A stretch of DNA of 64,000 nt from Felis catus (taxonomy: Eukaryota), in the NCBI RefSeq assembly GCF_018350175.1, contig NC_058368.1, forward strand, positions 221,342,001 to 221,406,000, read 5' to 3'. The notes below the pieces were generated by a model that was given only the letters and a program-made list of their open reading frames with translations, had not been told where the DNA came from and did not search any database. Numbering within the stretch: position 1 is the first letter of the stretch; the number at the start of each line of letters is the position of its first letter. Position numbers and translations under genes: made by a program. This document shows, piece after piece, positions 40,070 to 51,544 of the stretch.

Positions 40070-40272
40070 CAACTATTATTTGCTGGACATCTATATGATC
40101 TAGGCAAAACACTTACTTTTGATGAGCTTTATTTTATATAAGTCTCACAATAACTGGATTTACAGATGAGAAGCCAAAGTCCAGAGCCACTTCACCATAT
40201 ACCCAAGACACACAGTTATAGATTAATATTGCCTGGATTTTAACGGATATCTGTTCATTATTTTCTACACTA
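40070..40272 (-). mobile_element. MIR relic
   Basis: 'tctcacaataact...tttacagatgagaagccaaagtccagag...cccaagacacacagtt'. Confidence 0.7.
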
Positions 40273-40743
40273 TAAGTTTATTAAAAATCCAAAATTTTGA
40301 TTAAATATTCGAATAAAATATTACAGATGGTTTATTAAACACTGGAATCTCAATTGTTATAAAAGCTAAAGGCATTTATCTGGAATAGTGAAGCATCTTT
40401 GAGGTTCGCAAATATAATTAACCACAGGTGTTTAATATATAAACATCTGAAAATAATTGTAAGTACACAATTATAATTTTATGCCTATAATATGTTTCTC
40501 TAAGGAGCACCTGCATTCCTTAATATAAACACAGAAATACTGTACTCATTGGCATAAAAAAATTAAAGGATAATTAAAGACAAAATATTAAACCATGTCT
40601 GAAGGATTAACTCAGTGATCTGATTGATCTTTTATGTCTTTATGATGTTACAGTATCTCCTTTGAAAGTAGCAACAAGTACCTGCCTTGTTTTAACTTCA
40701 TCCTCAGAAATTTAAAATTAGTTCCATCCAGGAAAAATTTAGG

Positions 40744-40759
40744 TATATGTATGTATGTA

Positions 40760-40825
<66 letters not shown>

Positions 40826-40941
40826 TATTTATATGTATGTATATATGTATTTATATGTATTTATATATGTATTTATATATATTTATATTTATATGTATGT
40901 ATATATATATATTTATACACATATATATGTTTATATATATA
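40744..40941. repeat. Compound (TATG)/(TG)/(TA)/(CA) microsatellite in the SINE tail
   Basis: About 200 bp lying between the SINE body and its left TSD. Confidence 0.95.
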
Positions 40942-40943
40942 TT

Positions 40944-41156
40944 CTTTCTTTAATGTTTGTTTATTTTTGAGAGAGAGAGGGAGACAAAGTATGAGCGGAG
41001 GAGGGCCAGAAATAGATGGAGACACAGAACCCTAAGCAGGCTCCAGGCTCTGAGCTGTCAGCACAGAGCCCTACATGGGGCTTGAATTCATGAACCATGA
41101 GATCAGGACTTGAGCTGAAGTCAGATGCTTAACCAACTGAGCCACCCAGGTACCCC
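40944..41156 (-). mobile_element. Can-SINE (SINE B)
   Basis: Ends 'gccacccaggtacccc'; TSD caggaaa(a/g)attt at 40729-40740 and 41156-41167. Confidence 0.95.
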
Positions 41157-41385
41157 AGGAAAGATTTCGATTTTTAAGTAGTTCCACCAACACTACTAAA
41201 AAAAAAATAGGGTACAATATAGGTAAGCTTGATTTTGGTTTGTTTGTTTGATTTTCAGGTATCTCTTCCTCTAATAAAACTTTCTGAATGTGTATTTAAA
41301 ATGTGGGTTGTAAAAAATTTATCCAAGCCTGGAGAGTTTGGTGTTAATCGAGTGCATGGAAATTAATCCATTGGAAAGACCCTAG

Positions 41386-41800
41386 TATCTTACTTATAGG
41401 TGGAATCTAAAACAAAAACAAAAACAAAAACAAAAACAAAAACAAAAACAAATTGATACAGAGAGCAGGTTGGTGGTTTCCAGAGGAGGGGGTGGGAGGG
41501 TATGGGTCAAATGGGTGAAGGTGTTCGAAAGGCTTAAACTTCAATTATAAAGTAAATAAGTCATGAGAATATAAGGTACAGCATGGTGACTATAATTAAT
41601 AATACTGTATTATGTATTTGAAAGTTACTAAGAGAGTAGACTCTAATATTCTCATCACAAGAAAAATATTGTAACTACATTTGGTGATGAATATTAACTA
41701 GACATATGAGAGTGATCATTTCATAATATATACATCTATCAAATCATTATGCTGTACACCTGAAACTACTATGCTATATGTCAGTTATCTCTCAAAAAAT
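41386..41800 (+). mobile_element. L1 3' UTR fragment (L1MA9-like) with internal (AAAAAC)n
   Basis: 'tcttacttataggtggaatctaaaa...gtacagcatggtgactata...ctgtacacctgaaacta...tcagttatctctcaa'. Confidence 0.9.
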
Positions 41801-42433
41801 TTAAAAGACACTTACAAGAGGAGAGTAGAGTCGTGTTAGACAAAAATGATCAGTTTCAAATAAATAAATAAATAAAATTGTATTGGATAATCCATTTTTA
41901 TTATTTGTTTAAACTACTGTCATACAATAAGTTTTAGGTGCACAAACACATACACACATGCAAATTTAAAAGAGAGGGTATATATGTTTGCTCAGAATTC
42001 TCATATTTCAAGCTTAGGAAAATCAGCTGAACAATAAGATACGGTTTTTGATTATTTAAAACAAATCTATATGACAAAATGATAAAGGTTGATCCACTTT
42101 TACTTTCTTATCCACCAGCCATGGTGTTTGATGGGGACATTTTTGGATTTAAAAGAAATACATGGTAACTTTTGGAAGAGATATTTCTAACTATGTATTT
42201 TTAACGGTGCTAGCTAGTGCCCTGTTTCTTCCATCTGTTAAAGAACAGCTTTGCTCACCTTTAGGGTCTTCTACTACTAATCTCTGTGTATGTTTTATTA
42301 TTAATTTGCCAGAATTTTGATCTGAAGATCTTCTATTCGGTCAACTTCAAAGATTACCTCAGCAGTGGCTGAATTAATTACACTTGAATAGTTTGTTCTC
42401 CAAGGCCAATATCTTAAAAAATACATCAGTGCT

Positions 42434-42471
<38 letters not shown>

Positions 42472-42826
42472 GCATATCTTAAATTACCTGCAGATCAAGG
42501 GATAATATGAAAGAAAAACAGCAACAAAGCAAGTAATTTAGGTAGATTTATAAAAAAGCACTGAAAGTTTCATTATTCTTAATTTCACCCCAATAAACAC
42601 AGTTGTTTCCTTGGGTTCAATAAATTAAAACCTGAAAATGACAATGTTTACATATCCAGAATTTTTTTGTGTTGGATAGATTGCTCATAATTAGAATAAT
42701 GGCTGCTGACATTCTCAGGATCTCATTTTGAAATGTTTCAGAGCAGGGAAAGTATTTCTGAAATCTGTAGTAACCAACTTACTTATGAAAGTAAGAAAGG
42801 TTATTTCTCATAACTACGAGAGCTTA

Positions 42827-43397
42827 TGATGTAGAAAATGTTGGTGTTCAGAGTCAAAGGACAAGAAAGAATTCTTGAGATGTCTTTGGTGCAAAAAGGT
42901 GGTTTTATTAGTGCATGGGGACAGAGAGAGCTTCCCTGGGGTTGTGGGAGTGGTCGATTATATACTTTTGAGTTGGGAAGGGGTTTAGGGGTAGAACAAA
43001 CCTCCAAGGTATTTTGGAAATAAGGTTTTCAGGACCCTGCAGGGGCCAGCAGATGTTAGGGAAAGATTATTTATTACTGTTTAGTAAAAACTCAGTCCTG
43101 AGTCCCTTCAGATGTGTATCAGGGGGCCGTATGCTTGGTGGATGATGGCTAACATATATTTAGTGGGGGGAGGTAGAGATAAAGGAAGTTTCCAGAATAA
43201 TTTTTATATGTTTAAAGTAGACTCACGGGATCCTGGGGGGTCAGGCTAAGATTGCCTTTTGCCCCAGCAAAGTGTCAACCTCCAACATCAGGTCAGCAGA
43301 GCTCCCGGAGATGGGTCACTCTGCCTGTTTCAAGGACTTGTCAATGGGCTGTGGGCAGTAAGGGAATTCTATTTTTCTTTTATCTTTGTTTCCTACA
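42827..43397 (-). mobile_element. ERV1-class solo LTR (carnivore type)
   Basis: TG...CA termini (minus strand tgtagg...tacatca); minus-strand TATA-like box near 42960 followed by AATAAA near 42905; length about 570 bp. Confidence 0.7.
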
Positions 43398-43913
43398 TTA
43401 ATTTAGATCAGATCCAATCTTCTGGTCTGGTCTTCTGGTGTTAGCAATCCACTGGGGCATGGTGAGAAAAATGTAAAACCTGCAACAATATGTTTTTCTC
43501 ATACGTTTTTTTTTCCTATTGTTGCAGATAATGATCACTTGTTGGGGTAGAATATATATACATCTGATTTTTAAAACCCATATTGGGCATTTGAGAGTCA
43601 AGATTAATTAGATGAGTATTTATCATTATCTAGGTGAAGGACATTTGGCTTGTTCTGTTATAATTTCCTATTTATCATGAGTTAATATTTGGGTCTATAT
43701 ACTATTCAATGGGAGAAGTCTACTGATCACTGTAACTTGTGCTATAAGCCCTTTCAAAATTTACATTTGTGGGTAGAGGAAAATATTCAAATTGAATGAA
43801 CCCATTAACACTGACTACATCCAAGATTTGATCTAGGATAATATAGTATGTGATGTGATATATTAACATTTGTTTATTTAATGAGATGGTTGAAGATGAT
43901 TGTCTTTGAGAGG

Positions 43914-44424
43914 AATTTAAACAGGGAAACAAACTTGAGAAGCTGCATGGGGTTGCAGATAACTTCATGCATGTCAAATACATGCTCACCATCACTGGAG
44001 ACCAGAAAGAGCACATGTCCGTGTATGTATTTTTTAATTATTTTAATGTTTATTTACTTTGAGAGAGAGACAGACAGACAGACAGAGCATGAGCAGGGGA
44101 GGGGCAGGGAGAGTGGAGACACAGAATTCTAAGCAGGCTCCAGGCTCTGAGCTGTCAGTACAGAGCCTGAAGCAGGGCTCAAACTCAGGAGCCATGAGAT
44201 TGTTACCTGAACCAAAGTCAGACACTTAACGACTGAGCCACCCAGGCGCCCCAGGAAAGATTTCCATTTTTAACTAGTTCCACCAACATTACTAAAAAGA
44301 AATAGGGTACAATATAGGTAAGCTTTATTTTTGTTTGTTTTTTTGTTTGTCAGTTATACCTTCCCAGAATAAAAATTCCTGAAAATGTATTTAAAATTTA
44401 AAAAGGGAAACACACTTGAGAAGC
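43914..44424. other. Composite duplicated segment: 19.3-kb flank + SINE + 41.2-kb flank, bounded by a ~30-bp direct repeat
   Basis: 43942-44026 aligns without gaps to 19286-19370; 44253-44397 aligns to 41157-41302; aatttaaa(c/a)agggaaaca(a/c)acttgagaagc occurs at 43914-43943 and 44395-44424. Confidence 0.85.
44030..44252 (-). mobile_element. Can-SINE (SINE C, core of the composite segment)
   Basis: Ends 'gagccacccaggcgcccc'; has no TSD of its own. Confidence 0.95.
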
Positions 44425-44571
44425 AACTTGGCTTGGTTTTGCAATGAAGCCATGTCACTGGTTTCTAGTCCTCCTCTAGCTTTTTTCTTCTCTTGCTCTT
44501 CAACGTAACTTGATTGTGCTAAAACTTTTAGGCAATATGCTTGAATACTTAGATTTAGATACAGATGAAAG

Positions 44572-44619
44572 ATTTCAGGGATTGGACTCAATGAAATTTC
44601 AGGGATTGGACTAAATGAA
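44572..44619. repeat. 24-bp tandem duplication with one mismatch
   Basis: atttcagggattggact(c/a)aatgaa x2. Confidence 0.92.
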
Positions 44620-44727
44620 ATTAAGGAATGAAAAATTCCTTTCAACTCTTGTTTTGAAATTTGGCAGGAAAAATCATTGGGTAGGAAGCAATTAAACTAA
44701 GGCCACAAATGAGGAAAAGGTGGTTTG

Positions 44728-44817
44728 TTTTCTTTTCTTTTCTTTTCTTTTCTTTTCTTTTCTTTTCTTTTCTTTTCTTTTCTTTTCTTTTCTTTTCTTT
44801 TCTTTTCTTTTCTTTTC
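44728..44817. repeat. (TTTTC)n pentanucleotide repeat
   Basis: About 18 perfect units. Confidence 0.97.
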
Positions 44818-44819
44818 TT

Positions 44820-45600
44820 CGGAAAAAGAGGTAACAAAAGGGTATTCCACTGACAGGGAATAGCAAACCCAGAGCCCCCAGACAGGAGGAATACTGATAT
44901 GTATCAGGGATTGAAGCCAGTGTGGCCGCAGCCAAAAGACCCAGAAGACTTGCAGAGCTTGAGCAGACTGGAGATTGAGGCAGGCAGTGGTGCAAGCAAG
45001 GGAGAGAGCTTGAAGTTGTGAAGCAGGGAGATAATATAATGAGATTTCACATTTGAAAACGAAATAACTCACTCCATCTAAAATCGAGAGGACGAATTAG
45101 GGAAAAGTAATGTGTCATGGTGCCTGGATGGCTCAGTGGGTCAAGTGTCCAACTCTTGATTTGGACTCAGGTCATGATCTCAGGGTTCAGTTCGTGAGTT
45201 AGAGCCCCACCTTGGGCTCTGTGCTGAGCATAGAGCCTGCTTAAGATTCTCTCTCCCTCTCTCTCTGCTCCTCTCCCCTGCTTGTGCGTGCACACACTCT
45301 CTCTCTCTCAAAATAAAGAGATAAACATTAAAAAAAAAAGAAACCTTAGGGAAAGGTAATGTGTAGAAATGTAGCAGCAAGATGCTTTGCGGTGATCTGG
45401 GAGAGGTACTGGTTGATCTGGTGGAGAAGGAAAAGATGGGACTTTGGGGAGATTTACGGAGGCAAAGTTGTTAAGGCTTATGATGATCTGGATCTAGGCT
45501 ATGACAGGAAAAGTAATATGTGAGATAAGCCCTAGGCTTCTGTTTGATTATTAGGATGCTGATTATTAGGAGGGATGCTGAAATAACAATTTTGGAATAG
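44820..45600 (-). mobile_element. L2 relic interrupted by a SINE
   Basis: 'attccactgacagggaatagcaaacccagagcccca', 'gaagccagtgtggccgcagc', 'ggagaaggaaaagatggg...taggcttctg'. Confidence 0.55.
45118..45340 (+). mobile_element. Can-SINE
   Basis: TSD ttagggaaa(a/g)gtaatgtgt at 45097-45115 and 45346-45364. Confidence 0.95.
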
Positions 45601-45772
45601 GCAAATAGAAATTAAAAATCTAAAGAAAAAAATTTTTATTAAATACAAATAAATGTTTGCATCCAATTTGTACTATCTTCTTAATCGTTTTTTATGTGCA
45701 ATCATGACATCCTTAATGAGGTTCTAAAAAATTATACTCATCATACATAGACAAAGTAATATTGTTCTACTT

Positions 45773-45950
45773 ACTGTATGTGCTCATTCTATTTTTTTTT
45801 ACTTCAACATTTTTAAAATTAGGATGCATCTCACATTAGATAAACAACATTACTATTGAAGTATTTGTTCCATATTATTTACTCTTTTTCTCTGTTCTTT
45901 TATTCCTGGAAGACTGTTATTATTGATACATATCTTAGAACATATGGCAG
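45773..45950. mobile_element. MER104/Kanga1-like TcMar relic
   Basis: 'aacatttttaaaattaggatgcatctcaca' and terminal 'tcttagaacatatgg' recall MER104. Confidence 0.4.
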
Positions 45951-46399
45951 TTGACTACAAAGAAAATTATTTACTCATCAATTATTCGAATAATGAGAAG
46001 TTGTCATAGAAATTACCAAATCTATTTGGTTAGATACTGTTTAAAAGAACAAATTTAATAGTAGCATGCCTATATGTTAAATAAAATGTGTTATTTTAAA
46101 CTGTGAATGTATGTGAGCTCATTTAAAAACTACCTATACCATCATTATACGGTAAGTTTAGGAATATGTTTTAAGGTATTTTAATCACAAGGAAATGAAT
46201 CTATTTTTTGTGACGTTTGAACAATGTTCAGCTCATTTAAAAATATTTTGTTAAGTAATATTTCCCCCAATGTGCAAGATTAATACACCTCTACTAAGAT
46301 TATTAATGTAGAGAGGATTATAGCAATAGTCAATGCCATTGTTTTCTGTGGTCAAAGCACTTTTGATTTGGTACAACTATTTTCATTAACAAGATAGTT

Positions 46400-46550
46400 A
46401 TATGGATACATTATGTGTTATGTGCCAGCCTAAGTGTATCTCTTAAATTAAATCATTTGATAAACACCATCTCTGTTTTATAGACAAGGAAACTGAGACA
46501 AAGAGAAGTTAAGAAGTAAACTCATTTTTACGCAGCTCATAAGTAGCAGG
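46400..46550 (-). mobile_element. MIR relic
   Basis: 'tgttttatagacaaggaaactgagacaaagagaagttaag...cagctcataagtagcag'. Confidence 0.75.
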
Positions 46551-46879
46551 GTTGTAAGAGATAAGGAAAAGTTCCTGTTCATGCACCTTGCTTGTCAAGA
46601 TATCTACCTTACTGCCAATGTATACTGTTGATTTTCCAAACTCAATAATTTCCTCGATATTCTTGACCAGATTCCTTAATTCAACAAATCATGTCCCTCT
46701 CTCCATTATACCTTATCTGAGCCTGTGTGTAGCCTTACCACAGTGCATCTGTTGCAGTAGAAGTCTGTCCAACAGCTGACCCTTCCTCTGGTGATAGGAA
46801 TCACAGAATCCTACATTTCCAGAGTCTTAACCTTCCAATGTGACTTCAGTCTTTTCCAAAGAAATTTTAACCTGATCTA

Positions 46880-47095
46880 TTTTATTTTATTTTTAAAATG
46901 TCTATTTATTTATTTTTGAGAGAGAAAGCTAGCATGGGAGAGGGGCAGAGAGAGAGGGAGATAGAGAATCTCAAGGAGGCTCTGCATTGTCTGTGCAGTG
47001 ACTGATGTGGGGCTCGAACTCATGAACCGTGAGATCGTTACCGGAGCTGAAATCAAGAGTCAGACGCTTAACTGACTGAGCCACCCAGGTGCCCC
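46880..47095 (-). mobile_element. Can-SINE
   Basis: Ends 'ccacccaggtgcccc'; TSD aacctga(tct/ccc)attt. Confidence 0.95.
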
Positions 47096-47659
47096 TCAAC
47101 CTGACCCATTTTAAAACAAAGAACCAAGACAACGTAAATAAAAGGAAGTGTCAGCTTTTCATCTACTCCTCTAGCTACTTACTATGCTATCTTCTCTCAG
47201 GCCTTGAGTCACCAACCTCTATATTTTCACTTCCTAATTTTCCAGTGTGTCATTAGCCTTATAAATCTGGCTTCCTCCTTCAGTTTTCAACATTTATGCG
47301 AGATTATTTTCAAATTAGATGACAAGTTGCACTCTTATTGTTACCCTACCTTTCTGTATCATTTGCCTTTGTAGGTCCCTTCCTCTGTCCTCAAAGTGCA
47401 TTGTCATCTGACCATTTTCCCCCATTCTTGGCTGTAATCCAAGGTGTCATTGCTAATTGCTGCAGTAGTTTTTTTTTTAACTGTTCTCCCTTCCATTTCA
47501 TGCAAGCCCTGTCTCATCAGTTTGCCACAGAGATGCCAGAGAGCACCATCTAAACCACATATCTGATCACGCCTCCTGTCTGCTTGAAAATCACCCAGAT
47601 GGATATATTTTACCATTTTAGTTTAGAAACAAAGCAATGATATCAGGTTTTTTCAAGGA

Positions 47660-48077
47660 TGGTGATGTGAAAATACCTCTTCCTACATGCTCTTATTACA
47701 ATGTGGTATTGGCATTCTTACATTGAGAGATGAGGTCTAATTTCCCTTCCTGTGCATATAGACTAGAATGAGTGACTAGCTCCTAACGAATAGCACATGG
47801 CAAAAGTAATGAAGTGTATGACTTCTAAGGTTAGGTGATAAAAAGGAGATGCCCGTCATTGGAACTCAGCACTCACCTGTAAGGATTCTGATTAGAGCCC
47901 CAGCTGAGGTCTCAGCCGACAGCCAGCATCGACCGCCCACCGTGCGAGTGTTGGAGCCTTCAGATGATCCTGAATCCTGGTGCCAAGTGGGCAGAGACGA
48001 ATTTTTCCTGCCAAGCCCTGTCCAAATTGCAGGTTCATAAGAGGTAAATCTTTGTACTGCTTAAAGGCACTAAGCTT

Positions 48078-48079
<2 letters not shown>
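47660..48079 (+). mobile_element. MaLR solo LTR (MLT1H-like)
   Basis: 'gacttctaaggttagg', 'ccccagctgaggtctcagccgacagccagcatc', 'ccaagccctgtccaaattgcag', 'cactaagcttt'. Confidence 0.8.

Positions 48080-48124
<45 letters not shown>
48080..48124. repeat. (CA)n microsatellite
   Basis: About 22 units. Confidence 0.97.
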
Positions 48125-48126
<2 letters not shown>

Positions 48127-51100
48127 ATGTTCAGCCTAATCCAATACTCTCTAGTGCATCCTTAGTTCAAATTATATTAAACTTTCTAAAATTCCCTATA
48201 GACAGCACGTTTATTCAGATCCTAAGGCTTTTGAAAATTCTATTCATTTTACTTTGGAACACGTCCCAACTACTCCACTTCTGTGGGGGCTATTATTTAG
48301 GTCTTAATTCATGATACTTCTAAGTGGCTTCTCACAAACCCCAGTTTGCATTAGAATTCCATTTTTTTTTTTACCTAAGCATCATACAGAATGCCATATA
48401 GATGTTGGATTAGTACACAGGGTTTCATATCATTGCAATCAAAATATATAATGTACCCAAATAGGATAAAGATGATGTAGTCAAATTTCTGTGTTATTTT
48501 TCTAGTGGAAGTCATTAACCTTAGTAACTAATATTAATTTCAGAATCTTAAGTACATGCTGACAAGGGCAAATGGAGTAGTGTTCGCTGTGCTGTGTTGT
48601 GTTTCCTATCCTTTGGGGAAAGAAAGTTGGCTGATGATTTCATTCATGAACTGTAATCCTGTGGTTTTCGACACCTAGGAAGTAGCCACAGTACTCGCAT
48701 TTTATTGTTGCTTTTGAGTTGTATTAAAAGTAAACCATCTCCTTGAAGCTCTTGGATGTGCAGAAATGTTCTTCTAGATTTGAGTTACAGATACAGATCT
48801 TGGTTTGTAAACTTAATCGCTACACACTTTGTCTCTTCTGTCAGTGCTCTCATGATCTCCCACCCCACCTCCACTTTTGCCGCCTTATCTCTTTTCCCCA
48901 TGCAGCTGTCTCCAGTCATAGTCGTTAGTGACCACTCCACTGTCTTTTCTTTGCCGTCCTAGGAGTTCATCCCCTCTGGGTATACCTGTGGCAAATTGTT
49001 ATGCTTCCTTTAACCATGACAGATAATTCACAGGGGTCCGGGGAAGAGCTGTACGGCTCTAACGTTCACAGCTGTTCTGAGAATCCAAAATTAATTGACA
49101 CTATGGTTCAGTGTTACTTTTCTTGATTTTTTTCCCCCTCAGTAAAAAGGGATATCACTCATGTAATCACAAACTGCACTGTAGTATGGTGTTTTCTCTG
49201 GGTATTCACAGAAAATTGTAAAGAGTTTACAGATTCATTACTACATCCAAGTCCCAAGTTTTAAATTTCACATTTATGGAGTGGAAAATTATAGAAAGAA
49301 AGGAAAAATAAAATGTTGACTAAAGTTGTATATAATGAGGTTAGATTTCTGCATAACATTTTTATTGACGCCATTCTTCTGCTCATTGGAAATATAAAAG
49401 ATTAAAGAAAACACAGTAATTCATCATAATGTTTTGTTATTTTTCTGATCAGCAAAGGAGCATAAGTCCAAATTTGGAACTCATAATAATTTATAAATCA
49501 GCCACAGTTACCACGGAGCTATCAAACTTCCCGAATGTGAAAAAAAAAATCTCCAAGGTTCACCTGGGAAGATTACTCAGCAAACATAACAAAAGTATGA
49601 TTCCAAAACTGAGTACTCTGGTCCCATCTTAAGTCCCTCTTTTTCTATAATTATTTTATATTTCATTCATTGGGTTAGCCAAAAGTGTGATATCCAGATG
49701 TGATCATGTCCATGCAATCAAGCGAAAATAGACTTTTCTGCATGTATTTATACACAACTACCCTTTGTGTAAGACAAGGAAGGACTACAGAGGTTGCAGA
49801 CATATTATTTTCACTCTGATTTGGAATATCTCCTGAAATGGCTCAAGAACTCTGAAAATGCTCCTGGGAGTCTCTTGATATTTAGGGTTTGAAATATTAA
49901 TGATTAAAAATAAGTGAAATTGGAAAATAAGATATTCTTGATATGAAATGACCTACCTTACAAAAGGTATATTACCGAGTTTAAGCTCTTGGGGATTCAT
50001 GGAAATATACTGAATTTTTCATGAACCCATGCAAGATTTGTCCATTTAAATTTTGAGCATATATTTATTTATATACCTACACACATGTGTTGAGAACTAA
50101 AGCTTACATATAATTTTTGCTTTGCGTAGCTTTTCATTTCCATAATAAAACAGTGTACTAGACACTAAATGATATATAGAACTTCTTCAGTCATGGTATT
50201 TATTAATATGGAGGCAAGTTGTAAATCAAAGTTGCCGAACTTTTCATTAGTCCTGTGTCAGTGTGGTGGTTTAGCCCGATGTACAAAGATGTGAAGCATT
50301 ATGAAGTGTTAGTCTGAGTGAAAGTTGGAATCACTTAGAGTAATGAATCCATGGGAAGAGAAAAGGGAGTATCTATGTGTTTGGTGGACATTTGCTAACC
50401 CTATTAGGCATATTTAATTTCCATTTCAGACTTGACTCTGGCACAACCAGCAAATGTTTTTAGATAAATTACATAATGTAAAGTCTCTGGGCCCACTTAC
50501 TCTCGCCTGGGAGTGTTTTGGACTAATATTGAATGTCTTTTTAGCATTAAAGGTATATAAGTCTTAAGTACTTAACTGTTTATAACCCTAGACATACTTT
50601 ACAGTTTAAATTCAGTCCAGAATTTTTATTTATATAATTGAGGTGACTGGTATGATTAACTCATACAGCTTATCACTCCTATTAAAGACTTTGAAATATA
50701 AAATATTAACCTTTTGTTTCTTTGCAATGCCAACTTTACTAATGAAAATTTGACCCACTATTTAGAAGAATATAAAATATTTAAGAATAAATTCATTCAA
50801 ATAATGTTTTATAGGTATGAATAATATTTCTAATGAGAGATAAATGTAACTTTATTTTGAAATACTTATACTTGAAAACCTATCATACGTCATTACCAAA
50901 GCCAAATTCACCAGTCCTTATTGAGAGAAGGTATTGTAAAGGTATTCTATGGAGCACAGTTAATAATCACTTAAGGAGCCATGTGTTTAGCTGAAATATA
51001 GAACTTCATTTTTACTAAAATAAAATATTGAATCTTAAACATTTCTCTGTTTCTTTTCAAAGATTTATCCAAAATGACTTAAGGATTTTGTCTTTGACTT

Positions 51101-51544
51101 AATGCCCAGGGGACTTAAATTATATTGTATTTTCAATATTGTCTTCAATTTATATTTCATCATTTTCTTCAGAAATGTAAAACGAGTTAGTAAAGTAGAA
51201 CTGAAATTTCAAAGCTTACATCTTAGAATAGATTTTTTTTCTTCTACGTTAGTTCAATTCTGTTCTATTAATTTCTGTGACTTACGTGTTATTCAGATTA
51301 TACCAGACATTAAAGCTCAATGTTCGCTTTCTACGGAAAATTGAACAAATGATTTTAGACTATAAAAATTTAAGGCTGGCATTATGTCTTACTGATAAGT
51401 GTATTTGCTCCAGTGCCTTACACAAAGGGTGTCATTAATAGCCATTTTTACTTGAATTAATTAGCCCTGAAATATAGTGACAGGTCTATTCAAAAGGACT
51501 TCAAATACACACTTCGTTAAAACATAAAATATCCCCTGTATGAT

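Noticed and set aside
40747..41035. Y/I/C/V-rich ORFs
   Set aside because: Translations of a (TA)/(TG) microsatellite.
42437..42466. Orphan A30 tract as an extremely truncated retro-insertion
   Set aside because: The nearby 10-bp repeat atatcttaaa does not abut the tract; simple homopolymer expansion is sufficient.
48940..49120. Good-looking splice acceptor (tcttttctttgccgtcctag) followed by an open frame
   Set aside because: No convincing donor and no recognisable peptide.
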